Shown here: positions 19,037 to 31,700 of the stretch, one piece after another
How the letters are laid out: every line of letters begins with the position of its first letter
Position numbering within the stretch: the stretch's first letter is position 1
Assembly (NCBI GenBank): GCA_035698665.1
Contig: DASSBN010000013.1
Span: 15,290-79,289, forward strand
Length of the DNA stretch: 64,000 nt
Origin: Gaiellaceae bacterium
Lineage (GTDB): Bacteria; Actinomycetota; Thermoleophilia; Gaiellales; Gaiellaceae
Reading direction: 5' to 3'
Program-made: the position numbers and the translations under genes
Notes under the pieces: model-generated
What the model was told of the DNA's origin: nothing
Database searches by the model: none
What the model saw: the letters and a program-made list of their open reading frames with translations, nothing else

Positions 19037-19755
19037 CCGCCGCTGCCTCGTTCGGGGCAGGTGTGCTGGGCGGCGCCGTCGGCCTCGTTCTGGGCAGCCT
19101 GCGGCTCCCCGCGGTCATCTTCGCCTCCGGCAGCGCCGCAACCGCCGCCGGCACGAACATCGCGGTCAGCGCGGCCTCCGCGCTCACGGCCGGGGTGACG
19201 CACGCACGCGCCGGCCGCGTCGACTGGCGCATCGCCGCCTGGATGACCCCGCCCTCGGTGGCGGCCGCCTTTCTCGGCGGGTACTTCGGCGGGCGCGTGC
19301 CGGAGACGATCTTGCTCTCCGGCATCGCTGCGGCTCTTCTCTGGAACGGGATGCAGCTGCTCTTCGAGCTCGGCGCCCCGCCGCGCGCCCGGGACCCGCG
19401 GCTCGCCGCGGTGGTCGCCGGCGGGATCATCGGACTCATCGGCGGAGCGGTCGGACTCATCCTCGGGACGCTGCGCATGCCGGCCCTCCTCGGACGGGTG
19501 GGGATGCCCGCCGCGCGCGCGGTGGGCACGAACCTCGTCGTGGGCTTCTTCCTCGGCATGGCCGGCTTTGCGGGGCACGTCGTTCAGAGCGAGGTTGACT
19601 GGCCCGTTTTGGCGGTCAGCGTCGCGGCGGCCGTACCCGGCGCCTGGCTCGGGGCCCGGCTGACAGGGCGCATGTCCGAGCGCGTCCTCAAGCGGGCGAT
19701 CGGCGCGGTTCTCGTCGCGGTCGGAATCGCGATCGCGGTCGAGGCGGCGCTCTAG
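19012..19755 (+). CDS. TauE/SafE-family sulfite/anion exporter membrane protein
   Basis: The tail of track ORF 18361..19755 encodes repeated Gly-rich TM helices (GAGVLGGAVGLVLGSLRLP, GGIIGLIGGAVGLILGTLRMP). There is no in-frame ATG, so the start is either CTG 19012 or GTG 19063. Confidence 0.7.
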   Translation: MEAWQLALAAAASFGAGVLGGAVGLVLGSLRLPAVIFASGSAATAAGTNIAVSAASALTAGVTHARAGRVDWRIAAWMTPPSVAAAFLGGYFGGRVPETILLSGIAAALLWNGMQLLFELGAPPRARDPRLAAVVAGGIIGLIGGAVGLILGTLRMPALLGRVGMPAARAVGTNLVVGFFLGMAGFAGHVVQSEVDWPVLAVSVAAAVPGAWLGARLTGRMSERVLKRAIGAVLVAVGIAIAVEAAL

Positions 19756-22700
19756 CGTCCGAGGGCTGCGAAGGCCCTGCGCAGGGCGGAGGCGGTGCTG
19801 CGAACGAGCCGCTCGTCCCAGAAGAGAATCGGGCCGTCGAGCGCCTCCGCGCGCGCGACGGGCGGGATCAGCCGGCGCCGTGCGCGAAGCACCATCGCCC
19901 CGGCTCCGAGGAACAGGCCGGCCAAAAGGACGAGGCCCGCCGTGCGGCGGGCGCTCGAGACCTCGGACTGGTTGAAGCTCTCCGGCTCGGCCGCGCCGGC
20001 GCCTGCGGCGCCGCCCGCCGTGGGGTCGATCGGGTCGCCGCCGGTCGGCGGCGAGTCGGTCGGAGGTGCGCTGCTCGGAGGCGTCGTCACGGGCGGCGGC
20101 GAGGTGGGCGGCTGATACGTGGGGGGCTGGTAGGCCGGCGGCGGAGTGGTCGTGCCGCTGCCGGTGTCGCTCGTCCGGGCCGCTCGACCCTTCGAGACCT
20201 TCAGCGGCACCGCGGAGCCGCGTGCGGTGAGTCCGCTCTTCCCGGCCGCGACGACGGATCCCTTCGGGACGCTCGAGAAGACGTAGGTGAGCTTGCCGGC
20301 CTTCAAGCCACGCTTGGTCAGAGCCTTCTTCGCCTTGGCGAGCGGCATGTTCGCAACCTTCGGAACGACGACCAGGGCCGGGGTCTTCGCGCTCACGTTG
20401 CCGGCCGCATCCCGCGCGGCGACCTGGAACGAGCGCGCGTCCTTCTGTGAGAAGGCGCCCATGTCGACGGAGAGCGTCGAGGAGCCGAGCGTCTGCGCGA
20501 GCGTGCCGTTCACGTAGACGAGGTAGGCGTCTACGAGGCCGCTCGAGTCGGTCGAGGCCTTCCAGCTGAGCACGAGCCGGCCGCTCACGCTCTTGCCCTT
20601 GAAGCTCTTCGGCTTCGTCGGCGCGACGAGGTCACGGAGGAGCATGAAGCTGTCGGCCGAGCGCGTCAGGAGGTGGACGGTGTCGCCGTCCTTGTAGAAG
20701 CCCTGCTGCATCGACTCGGGGAGCGTCGTGCCGGAGAGGCGTGCGATCGGCTGCCAGGCGGAGCCGTTGAGGAAGGCGGGGACGACGTTGCCCGCGCCGT
20801 TCGTGAGCGTGAGCTCGATCGGCTCGTCGAAGGACGTCACCGCGCCGCCGGAGAGGGCCCAGTAGGCGGAGACGTCATAGACGTCGCCCTCCGCCGAGAA
20901 GCCGGAAGCCACGGCGCCGGCCGACTGGGGGTCGACCTTCGCGACGAGCCAGTCGCCGGCGGGCGCGCCGCTCCAGGCGCCTGCGGGGATGTGCAGCTGG
21001 CCGACGCCGTTGGTCGCGGCGACGGTCATCGCGGACGAGGCGAAGGAGTTCTTCTCGGTGTACGGGTAATCGCCACCCGTCGTGTTCCAGACCGTGAAGT
21101 GGACTCGGATCGGCGTGCGGTTGCCCGCGAGGTCCTCGAGCTCGCCGCTCAGCGTGTGCGGGCCTGGCGCGAACGCCTGCGTGAAGGTGACCGTCGCGCC
21201 GGTGGCGACGCCCGCAACGGACGAGCCGTCGATGTCGGAGGCGAAGACGTCCGCGAGATCCTCGTTTGCGGTGACGGCGAGCGAGCCGGCTGCGGTGACG
21301 TTCGACCCGTCCGAGGGCGCGGAGGAGGCCAGCGCCGGTGCCGTGTTGTCCACCCGCCGGTCGACGACCGCGGCCGACGTCGTCGCGTTGCCGGCGTTGT
21401 CCGTCACGCGGACGCGCAGGTCGTAGAGGCCGTCGGCGACGCCCGTCGTGTTCCAGGTCGCGGAGACGGTCGTCCACGTGTTCGCACCGGCGGGCGAGCG
21501 CTGATACGTGACGCTTGCGACGCCCGAGCCCGAATCCCCGGTGGTGGAGGTGAGGTTGACCGTGCCGCTCAGGTAGGCGCCCGGATCGTCCATGGAAGCA
21601 ATCGGGTCGGTGTTGTCGACGAGGCGGTCCTCGAGCACTGCGGAGGCGGCGGTGTTGCTCGCGTTGTCTGTGACGACGATGCGCAGGTCGTAGAGGCCGT
21701 CGGCCACTCCGGTCGTGTCCCAGTCCGCGGTGTACGGCGACGTCGTGTCGATCGCGATGTCGCTCCAGGTGCCGGCGTCCGCTGGAGAGGACTGGAAGAC
21801 GACCTGCTGGACACCGACACCGCTGTCGCTTGGCGAGGCCGAGAGGCCGACCGTACGGCGCAGGGGGCTGCCCGGGTCGGTGAGGCCGCCGCCCGGTGCC
21901 GTCGCGTCGAGCGTCCAGGTGTAGACGGCAGCGCTTCCGTCGGTGTTGCCGGCGATGTCCGTCGCGCGCACCCGGAAGGTGTGGCTGCCGTCGGCGAGGC
22001 CCGTGTAGGAGGCCGGGTCGGCGCAGGCTGCGAAGACGCCGCCGTCGAGGCGGCACTCGAAGCTGGAGCCGCCTTCGGTCGAGGTGAAGCTGAAGTCGGC
22101 GCTCGGCGAGGCGCTCGGGTCGGACGGAGTCGCCGTGATCGACGTGTCCGGAGCGGTCGTGTCCACCGTCCAGGTGTGGGTCTGGGGCGTCGCCTCTGCG
22201 TTGCCGGCAGCATCCGTCGCCTGCACGTCGAAGGTGTGCGTGCCCTCAGCGAGCGAGCTGTAGCTCTTCGGGCTGGCGCAGGGGCCGAACGATCCTCCGT
22301 CGAGGCGGCACTCGAAGCCGACGCCACCTTCGCTCCCGCTGAAGTCGAAGCTCGCGCCGGTCGCGCTCGTCGGATCGGACGGGGCCGAGTCGATGGACGT
22401 CACGGGACGCGTGCGATCGACGGTGACGTTGAGGACGTCCTCACCGGTGTTCGTGCCGACATCCGTGGCGACCGCGCGGAGAGCGGCGTTTCCGTCGGCC
22501 GGGAGCGGCCAGGATGCGGTGTACGGCGCCGCCGCGTCGCTTCCGAGGGAGACCCAGCTGCCCGAGGAGCAGTCGTTGCTCGCGTCCGAGCAGGAGAAGA
22601 ACTCGACGCCCGCGACGTCGCCGTCGGGGCTCGTCGCGCTGACCGTGAACGGGTCGGCATCGGCGAGGTTGACGAAGCCGCTCGGAGCCGTGATCGAGAC

Positions 22701-25700
22701 CGTCGGCGCGCCCGCGTTGACCGACCACGTGTAGGAGGCCGGCGTCGCGTCGGTGTTCCCGGCCTGGTCAGTGCTTCGCACCTGGAAGGTGTGGCTGCCG
22801 TCGGCGAGGCCGGAATAGCTCTTCGGGCTCGTGCAGCTCGTGAAGCCACCGCCGTCGAGCTCGCACTCGAAGGTGGAGCTTCCCTCGCTCGAGGAGAACT
22901 CGAAGGACGGGTTCGGGCTCGAATCAGGATCGGCCGGCGAGACGTCGATGGTGGTGTTCGGCGCGGACGTATCCACCGCCCACGTGAACTGCGCGGGCGA
23001 GGCGTCCGTGTTCCCGGCGATGTCAGTGCTTCGCACGTTGAAGGAGTGGCTGCCGTCGGCGAGGCCGGAATAGCTCTTCGGGCTCGTGCAGCTCGTGAAG
23101 CCGCCGCCGTCGAGCTCGCACTCGAAGGTCGAGCCGCCCTCGCTCGAGTCGAACGTGAAGTCCGCGTCCGCCGCGCTCGTCGGATCGCTCGGCGTCGAGC
23201 CGATGGACGTGTTCGGCTCGGAGGTGTCCACCGTCCAGGTGAACTGTGCGGGCGAGGAGTCCGTGTTCCCGGCGATGTCTGTCGCGCGCACCTTGAAGGT
23301 GTGGCTGCCCTCGGCGAGGCCGGCGTAGCTCTTCGGGCTCGTGCAGCTCGTGAAGCCGCCGCCGTCGAGCTCGCACTCGAATGTCGAGCCGGTCTCGGTC
23401 GCCGAGAAGGTGAAGGACGCGCCGGTTGCATTGGTCGGGTCGCCGGGCGTCGAGCCGATGGAGGTGTTCGGCGCGGTCTGGTCGACCTTGACGATGTTTC
23501 CGGAGGTGTAGATCGCCTCGTTCGAGACGTTGTCGAAGACGCGGTAGCGGTACTCCGCACACGTGTCGGTGGCCACCGTGTCGGGACCCGTGACGGTCGT
23601 CCAGCCTCCGGCGAACGCGGCGCATGTCCCGTCCGTCAGGGCAGAGGTGCGCCGCTCCAGCACGCCACTCGAGGCGTCGACGCCGGAAAGGGCATCCGTG
23701 CCGTTCGAGGTGGAGATCGTCACCTGGCCGTCGGCGTCGTAGCCGTCGGCGTACGTGACCGAGCCTCCCAAGGGCGCGTCATCGTCCGCGGTCGCGTCGA
23801 AGGTGCTCGACGAGGTGTTGCCGGCGTCGTCGTGGGCCGTGACGGTCTGCGTGCCGGCAAGGTCGCCCAGCGCGTAGATCGTCTGGTACGGCGAGGCCGA
23901 GTCGTCGACGCCTCCGGGGAAGGCGATCTTGGCGATCCCGGAGAGCGGGTCGTTCGAGGTCGCGGCGACGGTGTACGTGCCGCTTTGCCCGGTCTGCACG
24001 TAGATCGTCGTCCCGACGACGTGGGCGTACGGGCTCGACTCGCCGAGCGTGAGCGCCGGCGCCGAGGGGTCCGTCTGGTCGATGCGGATCTGCGTGGATG
24101 CGGTCTGGACGGGCTCCGCGTTACCCACCCGGTCGACCGAGAAGTACTTGACCGTGTAGACGCCGTTCGACGTCAGGTCGACGCTCGTGCCCTGCGCCGA
24201 GCTCGTCGTCGGAACGGAGCCGTCGGTCGTGTAGTACGTGGCTGCGAGGCCCGCCCCGCCGTCGCTCGGGCTCAGAGTCACCGTCACCGGCGCGTTCCGC
24301 CAGGCCGAGCCGATCGTGCCCGTGTCGTCGGTCGTGGACGGGTCGGTCGTGTCGGGCGTGACCGTGAAGGTGTCGGAGGCGGTCAGCCCTGCGTTCGAGT
24401 AGGCCGTGACCGTCTGCGAGCCCGAGAGCGCGCCGAAGCCGTAGCTCGCCTCGTACGGGCTCGTGAAGTCGTCCGTCGTCCCCGGGAAGCGGATCTTCTC
24501 GATTCCCGACTGCGCGTCCGAGCTCGTCGCCGAGACGTCGTAGCTTCCGCTCTGGCCCGTGTCGACGAAGATGGTCTGCCCGGAGACGAAGGCGTGCGGG
24601 CTCGACTCGGAGAGCGAGATGACCGGGGTGGCCGGGCCGCTCGTGTCGACCTTGACGACGTTTCCGGAGGAGTAGACGGCCTCGTTCCCGACGTTGTCGG
24701 AAACGCGGTAGCGGTACTGGGCGCAGGTGCCGGTGGCCACGGTGTCGGGGCTCGTGACGGTCGTCCAGCCGCCCGCGAAGCCGGCGCAGGAGCCGTCGGA
24801 GAGGGCCGAGGTGCGGCTTTCGAGGATGCCGCTCGAGGCGTCGACGCCGGAGAGCGCATCGTTGCCGTCGGAGGTCGAGATCGTCACCTGGCCGTCGGCG
24901 TCGTAGCCGTCGGCGTACGTGACCGAGCCGCCGGTCGGCGCCGCGGTGTCGGAGGTGACCGTGAAGCTCGAGGACGCCGTCAGGCCCGCGCCGTTCTCGG
25001 CCGTCACGGTCTGGGAGCCGGAGAGGTCGCCGAAGGCGTACGTAGCCTGGTACGGGCTCGTCGCATCGTCCTGGCCGGCCGGGAACGAGACCTGGTCGAT
25101 GCCGGACTGCGCGTCGTCGGTGGTCGCGTCGACGTCGTAGGAGCCTGCCTGCGCGGTGTTCAGGTAGACCGTCGTGCCGGAGACGAAGGCCCAGGCGCTC
25201 GACTCCGAGAGCGTGAGCGCAGGCCCGCTCGGTGCGCTCAGGTCGACCTGGACGACACTTCCGGACGTGTAGATCGCCTCGTTGCCGACGCGGTCGAAGA
25301 CGCGGTAGCGGTACTGGGCGCACTCGCCGGACGTAACCGAGTCGGGGCTCGTCACCGGCGTCCAGCCGCCCGAGAAGGAGCCGCACGAGCCGTCGGTCAG
25401 GGCCGACGTGCGGCGCTCGAGGACTCCGGAGGAGCCGTCGACGCCGGCGCCCGTGTCGTTTCCGTCCGCCGTGCTCACGACCACGTCGCCGTCCGCGTCG
25501 TAGCCGTCGGTGTAGGTGACGGAGCCGCCGGTGGGCGCGGTGACGTCGCGAACGAGGTCGAACGAGTCGTTGGTCGCGTTGCCGAGGGCGTCGGTGACCA
25601 CGACCGCCTGCGTGGCGGGCGCGGAGGCGCTCCCGGTCGTGAACGTGTAGGTGTTCGAGTCGTACGGGAAGGACGTGTCGCTCTTCGCCGAGCCCGAGAA

Positions 25701-28700
25701 GCCGGTGTCCGCGATCGCGGCGAAGTCGACGGAGGCGACGCCTGCCGGGTCGCTCGCGACGTCGTGGAGCGTGAAGTCTCCGGTCGCTGCGGGGTTGTAG
25801 TAGTACGTGTCCGTCGCCGAGTCGAAGTACTGCAGATCGGAGCGCGTGCCCTCGTTCACCGAGAGAACGCTGCTCGGGCCCGTGTTGTCGACGGAGACCG
25901 TGCGCTCGGCCGAGTCGGTCGCGTTGCCGACGTTGTCGGTCGCCCGCGCGACGATGGTGTACGTGCCGTCTGCGGGCTGGCCGCTCCAGGCGACCGAGTA
26001 GGGCGCCGCCGAGTCGGGCGCGCCGATCGCCGTTCCCGACGAGAACGAGCAGCTCGAGCCGGCGCAGTAGCGGAACTCGACCGTGTCGATCCCGGAGCCG
26101 GCATCGCCGGGGCTGGCCGAGACCGTCTGCCCGTCGGCGATCGAGTCGCCGGCGCCCGGAGCTGTGAGCGAGAAGGCGCTCGGGCCGGTCGTGTCGGGCG
26201 TGACCGTGAAGGTGTCGGAGGCGGTCAGGCCGGAGCCGTTATAGGACGTGACCGTCTGCGAGCCAGACAGGGCGCCGAAGCCGTAGCTCGCCTCGTACGG
26301 GCTCGTGAAGTCGTCGCTTCCACCGGGGAAGCGGATCTTCTCGATCCCCGACTGCGCGTCCGAGCTCGTCGCCGAGACGTCGTAGCTTCCGCTCTGGCCC
26401 GTGTCGACGAAGATGGTCTGCCCGGAGACGAAGGCGTGCGGGCTCGACTCGGAGAGCGAGATGACGGGGGCCGAGGGCGCCGTCGAGTCGACCGTGACGG
26501 TGAGGGCTGCGGAGGTGTGGGTGTTGCCCGCCGCATCGGTCGTGACCACGTGGAGGTCGAAGTCGCCGTTCAGCGCCGAGGTGTCCCAGCTGACCGAGTA
26601 CGGGGAGGACGTGTCGGTGTCGATCGCCGTCCACGTGCCGCCGCCCGCCGGCCGCCGCTCGAACAGGGCCGAGACGGCCCCCGAGCCCGCATCGTCCGAG
26701 TCGCTCGAGACCGAGACGGTGCCGGAGAGGAACGCGCCCCCGGTCGGCGAGGTGACCGAGCCCGTCGGATCCGTGCGGTCGACGAGCGTCGACACGACGT
26801 CGGAGCCCGTGTTCGAGGCGTTGTCCGTGATGATTGCGCGGAGCGCCTGGTTGCCGTCGCCGAGGACGTCCCAGGAGGCGGTGTACGGAGCGGTCGTGTC
26901 GGGCGCGCCGAGCGAGTCCCACGAGCCGGTCGAGCAGTTGGCGGACTGGTTGTCGCAGACGAAGAACTCGACGCTCGCGATGTCGGTGTCGGGGCTCGTC
27001 GCCGTGACGGTGAAGGGATCGGCCGCGGCCCCGTTCACGTACGCGCCGGGGGCCGTGATGGAGACCGTCGGCGCGTGGTTGTCCACGCTCACCGTGCGCG
27101 TCGCGGAGGAGAACGAGTTGCCAGCGGCGTCCGTGGTGAGGACGCGGAGATCGTAGTCGCCGTCACCGAGCGGCGTCGTGTCCCAGCTCACGGAGTAGGG
27201 ATCCGTGGTGTCCGTGGCGATCGTCGTCCAGGAGCCGCCGCCCGCCGGGCGCCGCTGGAAGGCCGCACTCGCGACGCCTGAGCCGGAGTCGTCCGAGTCG
27301 GACGAGACCGCGACCGTCCCCGACACCTGGGCGGTGTCGGCGGGAGCGGTCAGGGACCCAGTCGGATCGGTGTTGTCCACCGTGACCGTCTGCTTCGTCG
27401 AGTCGAGCGTGTTCCCGGCCCGGTCGGCGACGCGCACGAGCACCTGGTAGTCGCCGTCGGCCGGCTGGGAGCTCCACGTGACGGAGTAGCTCGGGCCGGT
27501 GCTGCTCGAGCCGATGAGCGTCGAGGGCGAGCAGGGCGGGCCCGGGCAGAAGTAGTAGGAGAGCGAGGCGACGCCCGAGCCGGAATCGGCGCCGGAGCCG
27601 GTGAGCGCCTGCCCGTTCGAGATCGCGCCCGGAAGCGCGTCGAGGGTCGCGCTCGAGGGGTTCGTGTTGTCGACCGTGACCGTGCGCGTCGCGGAGCTGA
27701 AGGAGTTGCCGGACTCGTCGTCCGTGGTCACGCGGAGGTCGTAGTCGCCGTCGGCGAGCGCCGTGGTGTCCCAGTCGACCGAGTACGGAGCCGAGCCGTC
27801 CGTTGCGATGGTCGTCCAGGAGCCGCCGCCCGACGGGCGCCGTTCGAAGGTGGCGAGGGCGACGCCGGAGCCCGCATCGGCCGAATCGGATGAGACCGTG
27901 ACGGCGTTCCCCGAGACGGCGGCGCCGTTCGCCGGGGCGGTGAGCGAGCCGGTCGGGTCGGTCGCATCAAAGGTGAAGGTTCGGGTGGAGGGTGACTCCG
28001 CGTTATCCGCGTTATCCGTCGCCTTCACGCGGACGGTGTAGTCGTCGTCGACCGGGAAGCTCGCCGCGCCGAAGGCGTACGACCAGTCGCCGGCCGAGAG
28101 CGCCGTCGTGAAGAAGAGCTCGGAGCCGGACGAGAAGGCGCTCCCGTTCCAGTAGAGGCCGGTGCCGAGGCGCTTGATCGAGAGCTCGACCTTCTGGACG
28201 CCGGACGTCGCGTCCGAGTAGGTGCCGCAGAAGCCGGCCGGGGTGCAGCCCGCGTTCCACGTCGAGGTGTGGTAGAACGCACCCGCGCCGGGGAAGCTCA
28301 CGGACGAGCTCGGCGCGGCGGTGTCGACCGACCACGTGAGCTCCGCAGGAGTCGCGTCGGTGTTCCCGGCGGCGTCAGTGCTTCGCACCTTGAACGTATG
28401 GCTGCCGTCGGAGAGGCTCGTGTAGGTCTTCGGGCTCGTGCAGGCGGAGAAGCCGCCGCCGTCGAGCTCGCACTCGAAGGTGGAGCCGCCCTCGTCCGCC
28501 GAGAACTCGAACGTTGCGTCGGCGGAGGCGGACGGGTCGGACGGGCCGGAATCGATGGCCGCATTCGGCGCGACGTTGTCGATCGTGAAGCTCCGGCTCG
28601 GCCCGGTCTCCGAGTTGCCCGCGTTGTCCGTCGCGCGGATGTGGACGGTGTAGCTCCCGTCGGCGGGGAAGCTCGAGGCCGGCAAAGCGTACGTCCAGTT

Positions 28701-31700
28701 GCCGCCCGCAAGGCTCGCGGCCTGGAAGTCCTCCGAGCCCGAGGAGAAGGCGCTGCCGTTCCAGTAGAGGCCGGTGCCGACGCGCCGGATCGAGACGTCC
28801 ACGGCCTGCACGCCCGACGTGGCGTCGGAGTACGTCCCGCAGAAGCCGCTCGTGGCACAGCCGGCATTCCAGCCGGAGTCCGCATACGCGCCGCCCGAGG
28901 CCGGGAAGGAGAAGGCCGCGCTCGGGTTCGCGTTGTCGATCCGGAAGGTGCGGCTCGGCCCCGGTTCGGTATTCGAGGCGTTGTCCGTCGCGCGGACGTG
29001 GACGGTGTAGGAGCCGTCCGCCGGGAAGCCTGCCGCCGCAAAGTCGTACGACCAGTTGCCGCCCGAGAGCGAGGCCGTCTGGAAGACCTCCGAGGCGCTG
29101 CCGAACGACGTGCCGTTCCAGTAGTTCCCGCTGCCGCGGCGGATCGAGATCTCGACGGCCTGGACTCCGGCGGTCGTGTCGGAGTAGGTGCCGCAGAAGC
29201 CTGCCGTGGCGCAGCCCGCGTCCCAAGCAGCGTTCGCGTAGTCACCGCCGGAGGCGGGGAATGAGAAGAGCGCGCTCGGATCCGCGGTGTCGTAGGTGAA
29301 GGAGCGGCTGGCCGGAGTCTCCCCGTTGCCGGCGTTGTCCGTCGCCTTGACCCGGATCGTGTAGCTGCCGTCGGCGGGGAAGTCGGTGGTGGAGAGCGCG
29401 TACGACCAGTCCCCGCCCGAGAGGCCGGCGAGGTTCCAGACCTCACCCGCGCTCGCGAAGGCTGAACCGTTCCAGTAGTTCCCCGAACCGCGCCTGATCG
29501 AAATCTCGACCTTCTGCACCCCAGACGTTGCGTCCGAGTAGGTGCCGCAGAAGCCCACGGTGGCGCAGCCCGCGTCCCAGCCGGAGGCGTTGTACTTGCC
29601 GCCCGAGGCGGGGAAGCTCGTGGTCGAGGACGGAGCCACGGTGTCGACGGTCCACGTGAACTGGGCCGGGGTGGGATCGGTGTTTCCGGCTCCGTCAGTG
29701 CTTCGCACCTTGAAGGTGTGGCTGCCTTCGGCGAGGGACGAGTAGTTCTTCGGGCTCGTGCAGGCGGAGAAGCCGCCGCCGTCGAGCTCGCACGCGAAGG
29801 TCGAGCCGCCCTCGTCGGCGGAGAATGTGAAGGTTGCGTCCGCGCTGGTGGACGGGTCGCTCGGGTTCGAGTCGATCGTCGTCTCAGGGGGCGTCGTGTC
29901 GTACGTGAACGTGCGGCTCGGGCCGGTCTCGGTGTTCCCTGCGTTGTCCGTTGCGCGGACGTGCACCGTGTAGCTCCCGCCGGCGGGGAAGCTCGAGGCC
30001 GGGAACGCGTAGGACCAGTCGCCACCGCCGGTCGTGGCCGTCTGGAAGACCTCGGTCGCGCTGCCGAACGTGGTGCCGTTCCAGTAGTTGCCGGTGCCCT
30101 GCCTGATCGAGATCTCGACGCCCTGGACGCCGGAGGTCGCGTCCGAGTACGTGCCGCAGAAGCCGGCGGTCGCGCAGCCGGCGCCCCAGCCGGTGCCGTC
30201 GTAGTTCGCGCCGGAGGCCGGGAAGGTGAAGACGGCGCTCGGGTTGACGGTGTCGACCGTCCACGTGAACTGCGCCGGGGTGGCATCCACGTTCCCCGCC
30301 TGGTCGGTGGCGCGCACCTTGAAGGTGTGGCTGCCCTCGGCGAGGCCGGAGTAGTTCTTCGGGCTCGAGCACGACGAGAAGCCGCCGCCGTCGAGCTCGC
30401 ACTCGAAGGTCGAGGAGCCCTCGGTCGAGCTGAACGTGAAGGTCGCGGCCGCGGAGTTCGAGGTCAGGCTGGGGCTCGAGTCGATGGTCGTCGCCGGTGC
30501 GACCGTGTCGACCGTCCACGTGAACTGCGCCGGAGTGGCATCGGTGTTCCCGGCCTGGTCGGTGGCGCGCACCTTGAAGGTGTGGCTTCCTTCGGCGAGG
30601 GACGAGTAGCTCTTCGGGCTCGAGCACGACGAGAAGCCGCCGCCGTCGAGCTCGCACTCGAAGGTCGAGGAGCCCTCGGTGGAGGAGAACGTGAAGGACG
30701 CGTTCGCCGAGCTCGAGGGGTCGGCCGGGTTCGAATCGATGATCGTGTTCGGGGCCGTGGCGTCGTAGCTGAAGGAACGGCTCGAAGGGGACTCGACGTT
30801 CGTCGCGTTGTCGGTCGCGCGCACGCGGATCGTGTAGCTGCCGTCGGCGGGGAAGCTGGCCGCGGAGAAGGCGTAGGACCAATTCCCGCCGGAGAGGCTC
30901 GCCGTGTTCCAGACCTCGCCCGCGCTCGAGAAGGAGCCGGCGCTCCAGTAGTTGCCGGAGCCCTGGCGGATCGAGATCTCGACCTTCTGCACCCCGGAGG
31001 TCGCGTCCGAGTAGGTGCCGCAGAAACCGATCGTCGCGCAGCCTGCGTTCCAGCCGGAGGTGGTGTAGTTCGCGGCGGAGGCCGGGAATGTCGTCGCCGA
31101 GCTGGGCGCGACGGAGTCGACCGTCCACGTGTAGGTCGCGGGCGTTCCGTCCGTGTTCCCCGCTCCGTCGGTGGCGCGGACGGTGAAGGTGTGGCTGCCC
31201 TGGCCCAGGGGCCCCGCATAGCTCTTGGGGCTGGTGCACGCCGAGTAGCCGCCGCCGTCGAGCTGGCACGCGAAGGTCGAGCCGCCCTCCGTCGAGGAGA
31301 AGCTGAAGCTCGCGCTCGTCGAGCTCGTCGGGTCGGACGGATTCGAGTCGATTGTCGTGTTCGGCGCCGTCCGGTCGATCGTGAACGAGCGGCTCGAGGG
31401 GCTCTCGGCGAGCGAGACGTTGTCCGTCGCGCGCACGCGGATCGTGTAGCTGCCATCCGCGGGGAAGCTCGAGGCCGGAAAGGTGTACGACCAGTTGCCG
31501 GCCGAGAGGGAGGTCGTGTTCCAGACCTCGCTCGCGCTCGAGAAGGAGCCGGCGCTCCAGTAGTTGCCCGCGCCCTGGCGAATGGAGATCTCGACCTTCT
31601 GGACGCCTGAGCCGCCCACGCCGTCCGAGTACGTTCCGCAGAAGCCGTTCGTCGCACACCCGCCGTTCCAGCCGCTCGTCGAGTACGTGGCGCCCGACCC

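Noticed and set aside
19887-19960. Sortase (LPXTG) or exosortase sorting signal at the C-terminus of the giant protein
   Set aside because: A hydrophobic helix followed by RARRR is present, but no LPXTG-like or PEP motif precedes it, and about 45 more residues follow. It was interpreted as a plain TM anchor.
20673-27281. 2,202-aa plus-strand ORF, together with many other long plus-strand ORFs between 19.8 and 34 kb
   Set aside because: These ORFs are antisense to the giant gene. Their translations are Arg/Gly/Asp/Val-rich low-complexity sequence with no motifs. This is the typical stop-codon-poor antisense frame of high-GC DNA. The minus-strand frame carries all recognisable domains.
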